Shown: piece by piece, positions 49,092 to 62,018 of the stretch
How positions within the stretch are numbered: position 1 is the first letter of the stretch
How the letters are laid out: each line of letters starts with the position of its first letter
NCBI GenBank assembly: GCA_038087875.1
Contig: CM075995.1
Location: 622,001 to 686,000 of the forward strand
Source of the DNA: Malacoraja senta
Taxonomy: Eukaryota
Length of the DNA: 64,000 bases
Direction of reading: 5' to 3'
Position numbers and translations under genes: made by a program
Notes under the pieces: model-generated
What the model was told of the DNA's origin: nothing
The model's input: the letters and a program-made list of their open reading frames with translations, nothing else
Databases searched by the model: none

Positions 49092-52086
49092 ATGATCATG
49101 GCTGATCGTCCCCTATCAATAACCCGTGCCTGCCTTCTCCCCATATCCCTTGAGTCCACTAGCCCCTAGAGCTCTATCTAACTCTCTCTTAAATCCATCC
49201 AGTGACTTGGCCTCCACTGCCCTCTGTGGCAGGGAATTCCATAAATTCACACCTCTCTGGGTGAAAAAGTTTTTTCTCACCTCAGTCTTAAATGGCCTCC
49301 CCTTTATTCTAAGACTGTGGCCCCTGGTTCTGGACTCGCCCAACATTGGGAACATGTTTCCTGCATCTAGCTTGTTCAGTCCTTTTATAATTTTATATGT
49401 TTCTATAAGATCCCCCCTCATCCTTCTAAACTCCAGTGAATACAAGCCTAGTCTTTTCAATCTTTCCTCATACGACAGTCCCGCCATCCCAGGAATCAAT
49501 CTCGTGAAACTACGCTGCACTGCCTCAATCACAAGGATGTCCTTCCTCAAATTAGGAGACCAAAACTGTACACAATACTCCAGATGTGGTCTCACCAGAG
49601 CCCTATACAACTGCAGAAGAACCTCTTTACTCCTATACTGAAATCCTCTTGTTATGAAGGCCAACATTCCATTAGCTTTCTTCACTGTCTGCTGTACCTG
49701 CACGCCAACTTTCAGTGACCGGTGTACAAGGACACCCAGGTCTCGCTGTACCTCCCCCTTACCTAACCTAACCCCATTGAGATAATAATCTGCCCCCTTG
49801 TTTTTGCTGCCAAAGTGGATAACTTCACATTTATCTATATTATACTGCATCTGCCACGCATCTGCCCACTCACTCAACCTGTCCAGGTCACCCTGCAACC
49901 TCCTAACATCCTCTTCACAGTTCACACTGCCACCCAGCTTTGTGTCATCCGCAAACATGCTAGTGTTGCTCCTAATTCCCTCTTCCAAATCATTAATATA
50001 TATGGTAAACAGTTGCGGCCCCAACACCGAGCCTTGCGGCACTCCACTCGCCACTGCCTGCCATTCTGAAAAGGACCCGTTCACTCCTACTCTTTGCTTC
50101 AGGTCTGCCAACCAATTTTCTATCCATGTCAACACCCTACCCCCAATACCATGTGCTCTAATTTTAGTCACCAGTCTCCCGTGCGGGACCTTATCAAAGG
50201 TTTTCTGAAAGTCTAGATACACTACATCCACTGGCTCCCCTTCATCCATTTTACTTGTCACATCCTCAAAAAATTCCAGAAGATTAGTCAAGCATGATTT
50301 CCCTTTCATAAATCCATATTGACTTGGACTAATCCTTTTACTGCTATCCAAATGCCCCATTATTACATCGTTAATAATTGACTCCAGCATCTTTCCCACC
50401 ACCGAAGTCAGGCTAACTGGTCTGTAATTTCCCGTTTTCTCTCTTGTTCCTTTCTTGAAAAGTGGGATAACATTAGCTATCCTCCAATCCACAGGAACTG
50501 ATCCTGAATCTATTGAACATTGGAAAATGATCACCAATGCATCCACTATTTCTAGAGCCACCTCCCTGAGGACCATGGGATGCAGACCATCAGGACCAGG
50601 GGATTTATCATCCTTCAGTCCCATTAGCCTACCCAATACTATTTCTCGCCTAATGAAAATTTCTTTCAGTTCCTCTACCCCCTTAGATCCTCTCTCCTCC
50701 AGTACATCTGGGAGATTGTTTGTGTCTTCCTGAGTGAAGACAGATCCGAAGTACCTAATCAACTCTTCTGCCATTTCCTTGTTGCCCATAATAATTTCAC
50801 CCGTGTCTGCCTTCAAGGGACCCACATCTGACTTTGCTACTCTTTTTCCCTTAACATATCTAAAGAAGCTTTTACTGTCCTTCTTTATATTCCTGGTAAG
50901 CTTCCCCTCGTACTTCATCTTTTCAGCCCGTATTGCCCGTTTTGTTTCCTTCTGTTGTCCTATGAAAGTTTCCCAATCCTCTGGCTTCCTGCTACTCTTT
51001 GCTGTGTTATACATCTTTTCTTTTAGTTTTATTCTATCCCTAACTTCTCTTGTCAGCCACGGTTGCCTCCTACTCCCCTTAGAATCTTTCTTCCTTTTTG
51101 GAATAAAATGATCCTGCGTCTCCCGGATTATGCCGAGAAATTCCTGCCATTGCTATTCCACCGTCATTCCTGCTAGAATCCCTTTCCAGTCTACTTTGGC
51201 GAGCTCCCCTCTCATGCCTTCATAGTCCCCTTTGTTCAACTGCATCACTGATACTTCCGATTTAACGTTCTCCTTCTCAAATTGCAGATTAAAACTAATC
51301 ATATTATGATCACTACCTCCAAGCGGTTCCTTTACCTCGAGTTCTCTTATCATATCTGGTTCATTGGACAACACTAAATCCAGAATTGCCTTTTCTCTGG
51401 TCGGTTCCATTACAAGCTGCTCTAAGAATCCATCTCGGAGGCATTCTACAAACTCTCTTTCTTGGGGTCCTGAACCAACCTGATTTTCCCAGTCTACCTG
51501 CATATTGAAACCCCCCATCACCACAGTGGCATTACCTTTGTTACATGCCAGTTTTAACTCCTGCTGCAACTTACACCCTACATCCGGGCTACTATTTGGG
51601 GGTCTGTAAATAACACCAATTAATGTCTTCTTGCCTTTACAATTCCTCAACTCAATCCACAGTGACTCTACCTCGTCAGTCCCTATGTCTTCCCTTGCAA
51701 GGGACTGAATTCCATCCCTCACCAGCAGAGCTACCCCCCCTCCTCTGCCCACCTGCCTGTCCTTTCAATAGGATATATAACTCTGAATATTAAGTTCCCA
51801 GGCCCGATCCTCCTGCAGCCACGTCTCAGAAATCCCCACAATGTCATATCTACCAACCTCTAACTGAGCCTCAACCCCATCTACTTTACTTCTTATACTT
51901 CGCGCATTCATATACAATACTTTTAATTCCTTACGCACCTCACCTTTCACATCGATCCCTATTACACTTGGCCATACTCTCCGATCCCTTTGTGAGCTTC
52001 CTTTCCCGTTAATTCTGGGGTCATTAACCATCCCTTTACTCTCTTTCCCTTTAACTCCATCCTCGACTATCCCATTTGACACCCAA
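49092..52086 (-). mobile_element. Long, relatively young CR1 LINE copy: APE endonuclease region (51153-52091, disrupted) and intact RT/C-terminal frame (49116-51014, 632 aa)
   Basis: YMNARSI, GISETW, IYRPPN and GGSDHN (APE); [32 protein letters not shown] and FADDTK (RT). Stops separate the EN pieces from the RT frame. Confidence 0.95.
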
Positions 52087-53342
52087 ATCATGGCTGATCA
52101 TCCAGAATCAGTAACCCGTGCCTGCCTTCTCCCCATACCCCTTGATTCCGCCAGCCCCTAGAGCTCTATCTAATTCTCTTTTAAATACATCCAGTGAATT
52201 GGCCTCCACTGCCTTCTGTGGCAGAGAATTCCACAGATTTACAACTCTCTGGGTGAAAACGTTTTTTCTCATCTCAGTTTTAAATGGCCTCCCCTTTATT
52301 CTTAGACTGTGGCCCCTGGTTCTGGATTCCCCCAACATTGGGAACATATTTCCTGCATCTAGCTTGTCCAGTCCTTTTATAATTTTATATGTTTCTAATC
52401 CTCTCATCCTTCTAAATTCTAGTGAATACAAGCGTAGTCTTTCCAATCTTTCCTCATATGACAGTCCCGCCATCCCAGGGATCAATCTCGTGAACCTACA
52501 CTGCACTGCCTCAATAGCAAGGATGTCCATCCCCAAATTAGGAGACCAAAACTGCACCCAATACTCCAGATATGGTCTCATCAGGGCCCTGTACAACTGC
52601 AGAAGAACCTATTTACTCCTATACTCAAATCCTCTCGTTATGAAGGCCAACATGCCACTACCTTTCTTCACTGCCTGCTGTACCTGCATGCTTCCTTTCA
52701 GTGACTGGTGTACAAGGACACCCAGCTCTCGTTGCATTTCCCTTTTTACTAATCTGACACCATTGAGATAATAATCTGCCTTCTTGTTCTTCCCGCCAAA
52801 GTGGATAACCTCATATTTATCTACATTATACTGCATCTGCCACGCATCTGCCCGCTCACTCAACCTGTCCAAGTCACCCTGCAACCTCCTAGCATCCTCT
52901 TCGCAGTTCACACTGCCACCCAGCTTTGTGTCATATGCAAATTTGCTGGTGTTACTTTTAATCCCATCATCTAAATCATTAATATATATTGTAAATAGTT
53001 GCGGACCCAGCACCGAGCCTTGCGGCACTCCACTCGCCCCTGCATGCCATTCTGACAGGGACCTATTTATTCCTACTCTTTGTTCCCCATCACCGATGTC
53101 AGGCTAACTGGTCTATAATTCCCCGTTTTCTCTCTCGCTCCTTTCTTGAAAAGTGGAATAACATTAGCTACCCTCCAATCCACAGGTCCTGAGTTTATAG
53201 AACATTGGAAAATTATCACCAATGCATCCACGATTTCTAGAGCCACTTCCTTAAGTACCCTGGGATGCAGACCTCCAGTCCCATCAGTCTACCCAACACC
53301 ATAACCTGCCTAATGTGGATTTCTTTCAGTTCCTCTAGATCC
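52087..53342 (-). mobile_element. CR1 LINE fragment with internal deletion
   Basis: [30 protein letters not shown]; the sequence jumps from the RT core to the NYRPVSLTS region near 53090. Confidence 0.9.
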
Positions 53343-53965
53343 TCGCTGTGTACCTCCGATTAATAACACGAGATGAAAGAGCCGTACGGAATATGAAGGG
53401 AAGGTTTAACAAACAAAAAACACAAGCTGCATTAATAAATGCGCAGAAATTTCTACGTTTAGTTTAGTTTCTTTGAGATACAGTGTGGAAACCGTCCTCT
53501 GGCATACCATGTCCACGCCGACCAACGATCACCCGTACAATAGTTTGCAAGTTATAGGAGTAGAATTAGGCCATTCGGCCCACAGACTCTATTCCGCCAT
53601 TCAATCATGGCTGATTGAATCAAGCAGTTCTCATTGAGAACTGATTGAGTAGTTCTATCCTACTTACTAGCAACAATTTACAGAAGCCAATTAACCTAAA
53701 TACCTGCACATCTACCGCTGTGCCACTCAATAGTACTTAGTATGAAGAAGAGTCTCGACCCGAAACGTCACCTATTCCTTTTCTCCAGAGATTCTGCTTG
53801 ACCCGCTGAGTTACTCCAGCATTTTGTGTCTATCTTCGATTTAAACCAGCATCTGCATTTCCTTCCTAGACGTACTAAGAAATGTTATGCATTTTCACAA
53901 ATTAATTTTAGATAGGTATTTAGGTTGATATTAGTTGATATGGGCGGCACAGTGGCGTAGCAATA

Positions 53966-56929
53966 ATAAACAATAGGTGCAGGAGTAGGCCATTCGGCAC
54001 TTCGAGCCAGCACCGCCGTTCAATGTGATCATGGCTGATCATCCCCAATCAGTACCCCGTTCCTGCCTTCTCCCCATATCCCCTATTTTTAAGAGCCCTA
54101 TCTAGCTCTCTCTTGAAAGCATCCAGAGAACCGGCCTCCACCGCCCTCTGAGGCAGAGAATTCCACAGACTCACCACTCTCTGTGTGAAAAAGTGTTTCC
54201 TCGTCTCCGTTCTAAATGGCTTACTCATTATTCTTAAACTGTGGCCCCTGGTTCTGGACTCCCCCAACATCGGGAATATGTTTCCTGCCTCTAGCGTGTC
54301 CAAGTGGCAGTGACTAGTGGGGTACCGCAAGGCTCAGTGCTGGGACCCCAGCTATTTACAATTTATATTAATGATCTGGACGAGGGAATTGAAAGCAACA
54401 TCTCCAAGTTTGCGGATGACACTAAGCTGGGTGGCAGTGTTAGCTGTGAGGAGGATGCTAGGAGACTGCAAGGTGACTTGGATAGGCTGGGTGAGTGGGC
54501 AAATGTTTGGCAAATGCAGTATAATGTGGATAAATGTGAGGTTATCCACTTTGGTGGCAAAAACGGGAAGGCAGCCTATTATCTAAATGGTGGCCGATTA
54601 GGAAATGGGGAGATGCAGCGAGACCTGGGTGTCATGGTACACCAGTCATTGAAAGTAGGCATGCAGGTGCAGCAGGCAGTGAAGAAAGCGAATGGTATGT
54701 TGGCCTTCATAGCAAGAGGATTTGAGTATAGGAGCAGGGAGGTTCTACTGCAGTTGTACAGGGTCTTGGTGAGACCACACCTGGAGTATTGCGTACAGTT
54801 TTGGTCTCCAAATCTGAGGAAGGACATTATAGCCATAGAGGGAGTGCAGAGAAGGTTCATCAGACTGATTCCTGGGATGTCAGGACTTTCATATGAAGAA
54901 AGACTGGATAGACTTGGCTTATACTCGCTAGAATTTAGGAGATTGAGAGGGGATCTTATAGAAACGTACAAAATTCTTATGGGGTTGGACAGGCTAGATG
55001 CAGGAAGATTGTTCCCGATGTTGGGGAAGTCCAGGACAAGGGGTCACAGCTTAAGGATAAGGGGGAAATCCTTTAAGACCGAGATGAGGAAAAACTTTTT
55101 CACACAGAGAGTGGTGAATCTCTGGAACTCTCTGCCACAGAGGGTAGTTGAGGCCAGTTCATTGGCTATATTTAAGAGGGAGTTAGATGTGGCCCTTGTG
55201 GCTAAAGGGATCAGGGGGTATGGAGAGAAGGCAGGTACGGGATACTGAGTTGGATGATCAGCCATGATCATATTGAATGGCGGTGCAGGCTCGAAGGGCC
55301 GAATGGCCTACTCCTGCACCTATTTTCTATGTATCTATGTAAACCCTTAACAATCTTATATGTTTCAATGAGGTGCCCTCTCATCCTTCTAAACTCCAGA
55401 GTGTACAAGCCCAGCTGCTCCATTCTCTCAGCATATGACAGTCCCGCCATCCCGGGAATTAACCTTGTAAACCTACGCTGCACTCCCTCAATAGCAAGAG
55501 TGTCCTTCCTCAAATTAGGGGACCAAAACTGCACACAATACTCCTGTTGTGGTCTCACTAGGGCTCTGTACAACTGCAGAAGGACCTCTTTGCTCCTATA
55601 TTCGATTCCTCTTGTTATAAAGGTCAACATGCCATTCGCTTTCTTCACTGCCTGCTGTACCTGCATGTTTACTTTCATAGACTGATGTACAAGGATCCCC
55701 AGATCCCGTTGTACTTCCCTTTTTCCCAACTTGACGCCATTTAGATAGTAATCTGCCTTCCTGTTTTTGCTACCAAAGTGGATAACCTCACATTTATCCG
55801 CATTAAACTTCATCTGCCATGCATCTGCCCACTCCCCCAACCTGTCCAAGTAACCCTGCATTCTCATAGCATCCTCCTCACAGTTCACACTGCCACTCAG
55901 CTTTGTGTCATCTGCAAATTTGCTAATGTTACTTTAGAAACATAGAAAATAGGTGCAGGAGGCCATTCGGCCCTTCGAGCCAGCACCGCCATTCATTGTG
56001 ATCATGGCTGATCGTCCCCTATCAATAACCCGTGCCTGCCTTCTCCGCATATCCCTTGACTCCACTAGCCCCTAGAGCTTTATTTAACTTTGAATCCCTT
56101 CATCCAAATCATTGATGTATATTGTAAATAGCTGCGGTCCCAGCACCGAGCCTTGAGGTACCCCACTAGTCACTGCCTGCCATTCTGAAAGGGACCCGTT
56201 AATCCCTACTCTTTGTTTCCTGTCTGCCAACCACTTCTCTATCCATGTCAGCACTCTACCCCCAATACCATGTGCCCTAATTTTGCCCACTAATCTCCTA
56301 TGTGGGACCTTATCAAATGCTTTCTGAAAGTCCAGGTACACTACATCCACTGGCTCTCCCTTGTCCATTTTCCTAGTTACATCTTCAAAAAATTCCAGAA
56401 GATTAGTCAAGCATGATTTCCCCTTCGTAAATCTATGCTGACTCGGACCGATCCTGTTACTGCTATCCAAATGTTCGGCTATCTCATCTTTTATAATTCC
56501 CCACCACTGATGTCAGGCTAACTGGTCTATAATTCCCTGTTTTCTCTCTCCCGCCTTTCTTAAAAAGTGGGATAACATTAGCTACCCTCCAATCCACAGG
56601 AACTGATCCTGAGTCTATAGAACATTGGAAAATTATCACCAATGCATCCACGATTTCTAGAGCCACTTCCTTAAGTACCCTGGATGCAGACCATCAGGCC
56701 CTGGGGATTTATCAGCCTTCAGTCCCATCAGTCTATCCAACACCATTTCCTGCCTAATGTGGATTTCCTTCAGTTCCTCCGTCACCCCAGATCCTCTGGC
56801 CACTACTATATCAGGAAGATTGTTTGTGTCCTCCTTAGTGAAGACGGATCCAAAGTACCTGTTCAACTCATCTGCCATTTCCTTGTTCCCCATAATAAAT
56901 TCACCTTTTTCGGTCTGCAAGGGTCCAAC
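53966..56929 (-). mobile_element. 5'-truncated CR1 inserted in a V-SINE head, itself interrupted by younger CR1 pieces
   Basis: RT motifs in ORFs 54049-54330, 55268-55888, 56084-56470 and 56484-56930. The SINE head at 53942-53965 resumes at ~56974, with caata duplicated. Confidence 0.88.
54304..55340 (+). mobile_element. CR1 3' fragment with uninterrupted 314-aa frame, nested in the minus-strand CR1
   Basis: [17 protein letters not shown]...GYGEKAGTGY*. The host sequence gtgtccaa|acccttaacaatc is split around it. Confidence 0.92.
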
Positions 56930-59133
56930 TGTTAATTGTGCAAAAGCTAATGCGGTTACGAACACCTGGATACAATAGAGTTGCTGCCTCACAGCGCCAG
57001 GGACCCGGGTTCGACCCCGACTACGGGTGCTGTCCGTAGGGAGTTTGTACGTTCTCCCCTTCACCTGCGTGGGTTTTCTCCGGGTGCTCCGGTTTCCTCC
57101 CACACTCCAAAGAGTGTACAGGTTTGAAAGTTAATTGGTATAATTGTAAATTGTCCCCAGTGTGTGTGTGTAGGATAGTGTTAGTGTGCAGGGATCGCTG
57201 GTCGGTGCGGACTGTATCTCTGAACTAAACTTTATTTTTTTTTAAAGAAGATTTTTTTTTTTTATGTCTCCAATGTTCCGCAGCAGGCGCTCGAGCGGCT
57301 TTTGTGTCTGTAGTCTTTATCTCGATTCCCGGTGCTTTTTTTTGAAAGTTATAGTCTTTCAGAACAAGTGGAGACTTAGCCCAGTCCACAACACATTGAC
57401 TGAGCAGGTGTGGGGCTGAGTTAGACATAGGTCCTTTGTTAAGTCGTTTCTTCACTGAAAACAAAACTCAAGTGAGCAGGCACTTACTGTCCCATTATGG
57501 GAACACCTGTTATAATTGAGCACATCAGCCGGTGACATACGACCCTTGCAAGTTAACAGCTGAACAGCAGCCCACTGCTTTTTGAGGCCGTAAAATAAAA
57601 AGGACTTTCGGGAGCAAACAAAGAATTGCTCAGTAGGAATTATTTACCAGGGATGTATAAACTCTTCATCAGCATCTGCTGTCTGTCATCAGGTGTCCAG
57701 GTGTTCGTAACCGCATTAGCTTTTATACAATTAACAATGTCCAGCTTCACAAAGCAGCCTTCTGCTTAGTTGTCTCTTCCTCGTTACACTGCACTGTTCT
57801 ACCCAAGTGCACTTGCAAAGGGTAGGTTGTTCAGCGAAATCCATCATGAAATTTGGTTGCATTCAATTCAAAGCTGGAAGGTGGGATCAAAGGAGCAGTC
57901 TGGACAATAAGGAAGTTGTGTTTGTACATCACTGCTGTTTGCCTTCCCAAAAACGTCTTTCTTAAGGTAGACAAAAGTGCTGGAGAAACTCAGCGGGTGC
58001 AGCAGCATCTATGGAGCGAAGGAAATAGGCAACGTTTCGGGCCGAAAACCCTTCTTCAGACTGATGTAGTGTGGGGGTGGTTCCCTGCGGGTTACAGGGG
58101 CGGCGTGGTGGTGCAGCGCTTGAGCCTCACAGTGCCAGAGTCCCGGGTTCAATCCTGACCACGGGTGCTGTCCGTACGGAGTTTGCACGTTCTCCCTGGG
58201 ACCTGCGTGGGTTTTCCCCGGGTGTGTGTCTGAGTTTAGTTTATTGTCACGTGTACCGAGGTACAGTGAAAAGCTTTTGTTGCGTGCTGACCAGTCAGCG
58301 GAAAGACAATACATGATTACAATCGAGCCGTCCACAGTGTACAGAACAACGTTTAGTGCAAGGTACTGCAAAGCCAGTATAGTCTAAGAGTCTCCAATGA
58401 AGCAGATAGTAGTTCAGTACTGCTCTCTAGTTGTGGTAAGAGGCAGGTCACGCATGTTTGTGGGTTAATTGGCATTGGTAAAGATTGTAAATTGTCCCTA
58501 GTGTGTAGGATAGTGCTAGTGTACGGGGCGATCACTGGTCAGTGCGGACTCGGGTGGGCTGAAGGGCCTGGTTCCGCGCTGTATCTCTGAACTAAGCTCA
58601 AAATAAAGTATACATGGAACCGTGCAGCACAGAAATGGGACCTTTTCTGGAAGAAAAAGCACTTGTCTTTCTCAATATTCTGTTACAGAACACTCGACAC
58701 GAAACGTCACCCATTGCTTCTCTCCAGAGATGCTGCCTGTCCCGCTGAGTTACTCCAGCTTTTTGTGTCCGTCTCCAATATTCTGTTAATTGGATTTATA
58801 CGTTTTGCAACATTAATAAACCAAGTTTAGGTGACATGAGGCAACACTTAAGTAAACATTTTCATGAAGTTGTGATTTTAACAGCTAGTTATTTTATTCC
58901 AAAGCAGCTAATATACGCCACAAAAAAAAAGGCTTATTTGTGGTCCAGAGGTCCACATATCTAAATGCCAAATGAATGGTCACTGACCTAATTCTGCTTA
59001 TCGCTAGACATATTTTTAATATTGCGTTTCTGCGAGGTGTTCATTCACTGCCTGATCACGGACTGAGATCAAAGTAAGCACAAAAATAAAGATTTTAAAA
59101 GTCTGAAGAAGGGTCTCAATCCGAAATGTCACA

Positions 59134-60500
59134 AGAGATTAGTGTGCAAAATTAGAGCACATGGTGTTGGGGGTAGGGTATTGACATGGATAGAGAACTG
59201 GTTGGCAGACAGGAAGCAAAGAGTAGGAATTAACGGGTCCTTTTCAGAATGGCAGGCAGTGAGTGACTAGTGGGGTGCCGCAAGGCTCGGTTCTGGGACT
59301 CCAGTCATTTACAATATATAATAACGATTTAGACGAGGGAATTAAATGTAACATCTCCAAGTTTACGGATGACACAAAGCTGGGTGGCAGTGTGAGCTGC
59401 GAGGAGGATAATAATAATAATAATGGATTTTATTTACGGGCGCCTTATACCGAGGTCTCAAGGACACCATACAGAGATTTATAGAAAACATATAATCAGA
59501 ATTTAAAAAAAAAAAAAAAAGGTTATAAAGACCAATACATAAATCAGGGACAGAATTCCTTCCAAAAACACAAAAAAAAGAAAATCAGAAGCACAATTTG
59601 AGGAGAGAGCAGCGGCAATTTAACGCCAGCGTCCACTCTCCCCTCCGACCGCCATCTTGAACACAGACTAACAAATACAATTACAAACAATTACATACAG
59701 GATGCTATGAGGCTGCAGGGTGACTTGGATAGGTTGGGTGAGGGGGCAAATGCAGTATAATGTGGATAAATGTGAGGTTATCCACTTCGGTGGCAACAAC
59801 CGGAAGGCAGATTAGGAAAAGGGGAGGTGCAACGAGACCTGGGTGTGGTTGTACATCAGTCACTGAAAGTAAGCATGCAGTGAAGAAAGCTAATGGCATG
59901 TTGGCCTTTATTGTGAGAGAATTTGAGTTTAGCAACAAGGAGGTCCTAATGCAGTGGTACAGGGCTCTGGTGAGACCACACCTAGAGTATTGTGTGCAAT
60001 TCTGGTCTCCTAATTTGAAGAAGGACTATTGAGGGAGTGCAGCGTCGGTTCACCAGATTAATTCCCAGGATGGCGGGACTATCATATGTTGAAAGAATGG
60101 ATCTTATAGAAACATTAAATTCTTAAAGGATTTGACAGGCTACATGCAGGAAAAATGTTCCCGATGTTAGGGGGAGTCCAGAACCGGGGTCACACAGTTT
60201 AAGAATAAGGGGTAGGCCATTTAGGACTGAGATGAGGAAAAACATTTTCACACTAGAGTTGTGAATCTGTGGAATTCTCTGACACAGAAGGCAGTGGAGG
60301 CCAATGCACTGGATGTTTTCAAGAGAGAGTTCTTAGGGCTAAAGGAATCTTTAGCTCTTAGGGCTAAAGGAATCAAAGGATTTGGGGAAAAAGCAGGAAC
60401 AGGGTACTGATTTTAGATGATCAGCCATGATCATATTGAATAGTGGTGCTGGCTCGAAGGGCCGAATGGCCTACTCCTGCACCTATTTTTCCATGTTTCT
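59134..60500 (+). mobile_element. Degenerate CR1 fragment interrupted by a short L2-tailed element
   Basis: [31 protein letters not shown] and 3' UTR. Confidence 0.88.
59410..59698 (-). mobile_element. Short non-autonomous L2-tailed element
   Basis: Minus strand has caagatggcgg near its 5' end and an L2-type tail tgtccttgag..aaggcgccc.taaataaaatccattattatt. aggat is duplicated on both sides within the CR1. Confidence 0.65.
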
Positions 60501-60761
60501 GTTTCTGTCACCCATTCCTTCTCTCCAGAGGTGCTGCCTGTCCCATTCAATTAATTTTTGTGTCGACCTTCGGTATATACCAGTATCTGCAGTTCCTTCC
60601 TACACATATAAAAAAACATTTTCTTTTCTTTACTACTTAAAAATGTTGAATTTGTTATATAATATTACAGAACAGAAAATGGCCAGCACTTTTATTTTTG
60701 TGCATGGTTTGATCGCATCATCGAAATGCAGTGAATTTAACACATTGAAGAAAGGTAATAT

Positions 60762-61058
60762 TTAGTTTAGTTTAGAGATACAGCGTGGAAACAAGCCCTT
60801 CGGCCCACCAAGTCCGTGCCGACCAGCGATCCCTGCACATTAACACTACCCTACACACACATTTATACCAAGCCAACTAACCTGCAAACCCATACGTCTT
60901 TGGAGGGTGGGAGGAAACCGAAGATCTCGGAGAAACCCCAAGCAAGGTCACGGGGAAAACGTACAAACTCTGTACAGACAAGCGCCCGTAGTCAGGATCG
61001 AACCCAGGTCTCTGCCACTGTAAGGCAACAACTCTACCGCTGCACCACCATGCCGCCC
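60762..61058 (-). mobile_element. HE1-like V-SINE
   Basis: tRNA-like head, V-domain and CR1-type tail on the minus strand. Confidence 0.85.
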
Positions 61059-61363
61059 ATTTAAAAAATATATAATTTGGAGCATCTTGATCGGAAGGGG
61101 AGTTTGTTTGCCCCCCCCCCCCCACCCCCATATTCATATTATTTGTTCTGTTGAACAAGTTGCCGTAGAGTTTGCAACAGTGAACAGGAAGGAAAGACAC
61201 AGGCTTGCTCATTTTTCTATTTCTATTGTTATGAGAATTACATCAACTGTTTGCTTTACTAAGGCCATTCAGGAAATGATAAAACCCTTCAGCATTAGCC
61301 TCGGGGCTGAGCCTGCATAACACTACTTACATTGTCTGCTGCTCATTGAGAAGGTTAGCTTAA

Positions 61364-61816
61364 AGGGCCTGTCCCACGAGCATGCGACTGCATGCGGCAA
61401 GCGCGTCCAAACCGGAAGCGGGTACCGCGCGGAGTTCGAGTGATCTCCGTACAGGGACTGTCCCACGAGCATGCGACTGCATGCGGCGAGCGCGACCAAA
61501 CCGGAAGCAGGGGCCGCGCGGAGGTCGAGTGAGTGACGTGAAGATCGCGCGTGACGTACGGCGTCGAGACGCTGCGCACGCCCGTAGAGGCGGTGCGTAC
61601 AGCGTCGAGGCGGCTGCGGGCCGGCAGGCAGTTGCCGCGCGGAATTTTTGAACAGTGTCAGTTTTTCGGAGCCCCGCGCGATGTCGGGACCAGCTCCGCA
61701 CAACTCCATACGGCTCTGCCGATCAAAGTGGGACCGGCCCCGCGAGGCCGTACGGCTCAAGGACCACGTTAGGTCCCGCTTGCCGCATGCAGTCGCATGC
61801 TCGTGGGACAGGCCCT
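61364..61816. mobile_element. Harbinger-type MITE with internally duplicated left end
   Basis: TIR AGGGCCTGTCCCACGAGCATGCGACTGCATGCGGCAAGCG; second left-end copy at ~61453-61530; flanks TAA and TTA. Confidence 0.88.
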
Positions 61817-61825
61817 TTAGTTTTA

Positions 61826-62018
61826 AGGGCCTGTCCCACTTGGGCGTCATTTGCGCATCATTTACGCGACATCATTTACGCGTCATGACGCACGTGATGC
61901 GCGCATGGTGCGCGATGACATAGGCAGTGACGCGCGGCATCCCAGGATTTTGTGATGTACAAAAGCTTCGCGCACCATCTGCGTGACGCGCAAATGACGG
62001 CCAAGTGGGACAGGCCCT
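61826..62018. mobile_element. Harbinger-type MITE
   Basis: TIR AGGGCCTGTCCCACTTGG / CCAAGTGGGACAGGCCCT; TSD TTA/TTA; 9 bp from the previous MITE. Confidence 0.88.

Noticed and set aside
49126..51111. Plus-strand ORFs opposite CR1 ORF2
   Set aside because: Recurrent antisense frames of CR1 copies, with no independent evidence.
49116..52091. Possible active autonomous CR1
   Set aside because: The endonuclease part is broken by stops and separated from the RT frame, and ORF1 and the 5' UTR are absent.
57225..57464. Minus ORF containing VDWAKS and VLKDY, reminiscent of CAP helical-domain peptides
   Set aside because: The motifs are in the wrong order, the surrounding residues do not match and there are no fitting splice sites. 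Treated as chance; the true upstream CAP2 exons probably lie beyond 64000.
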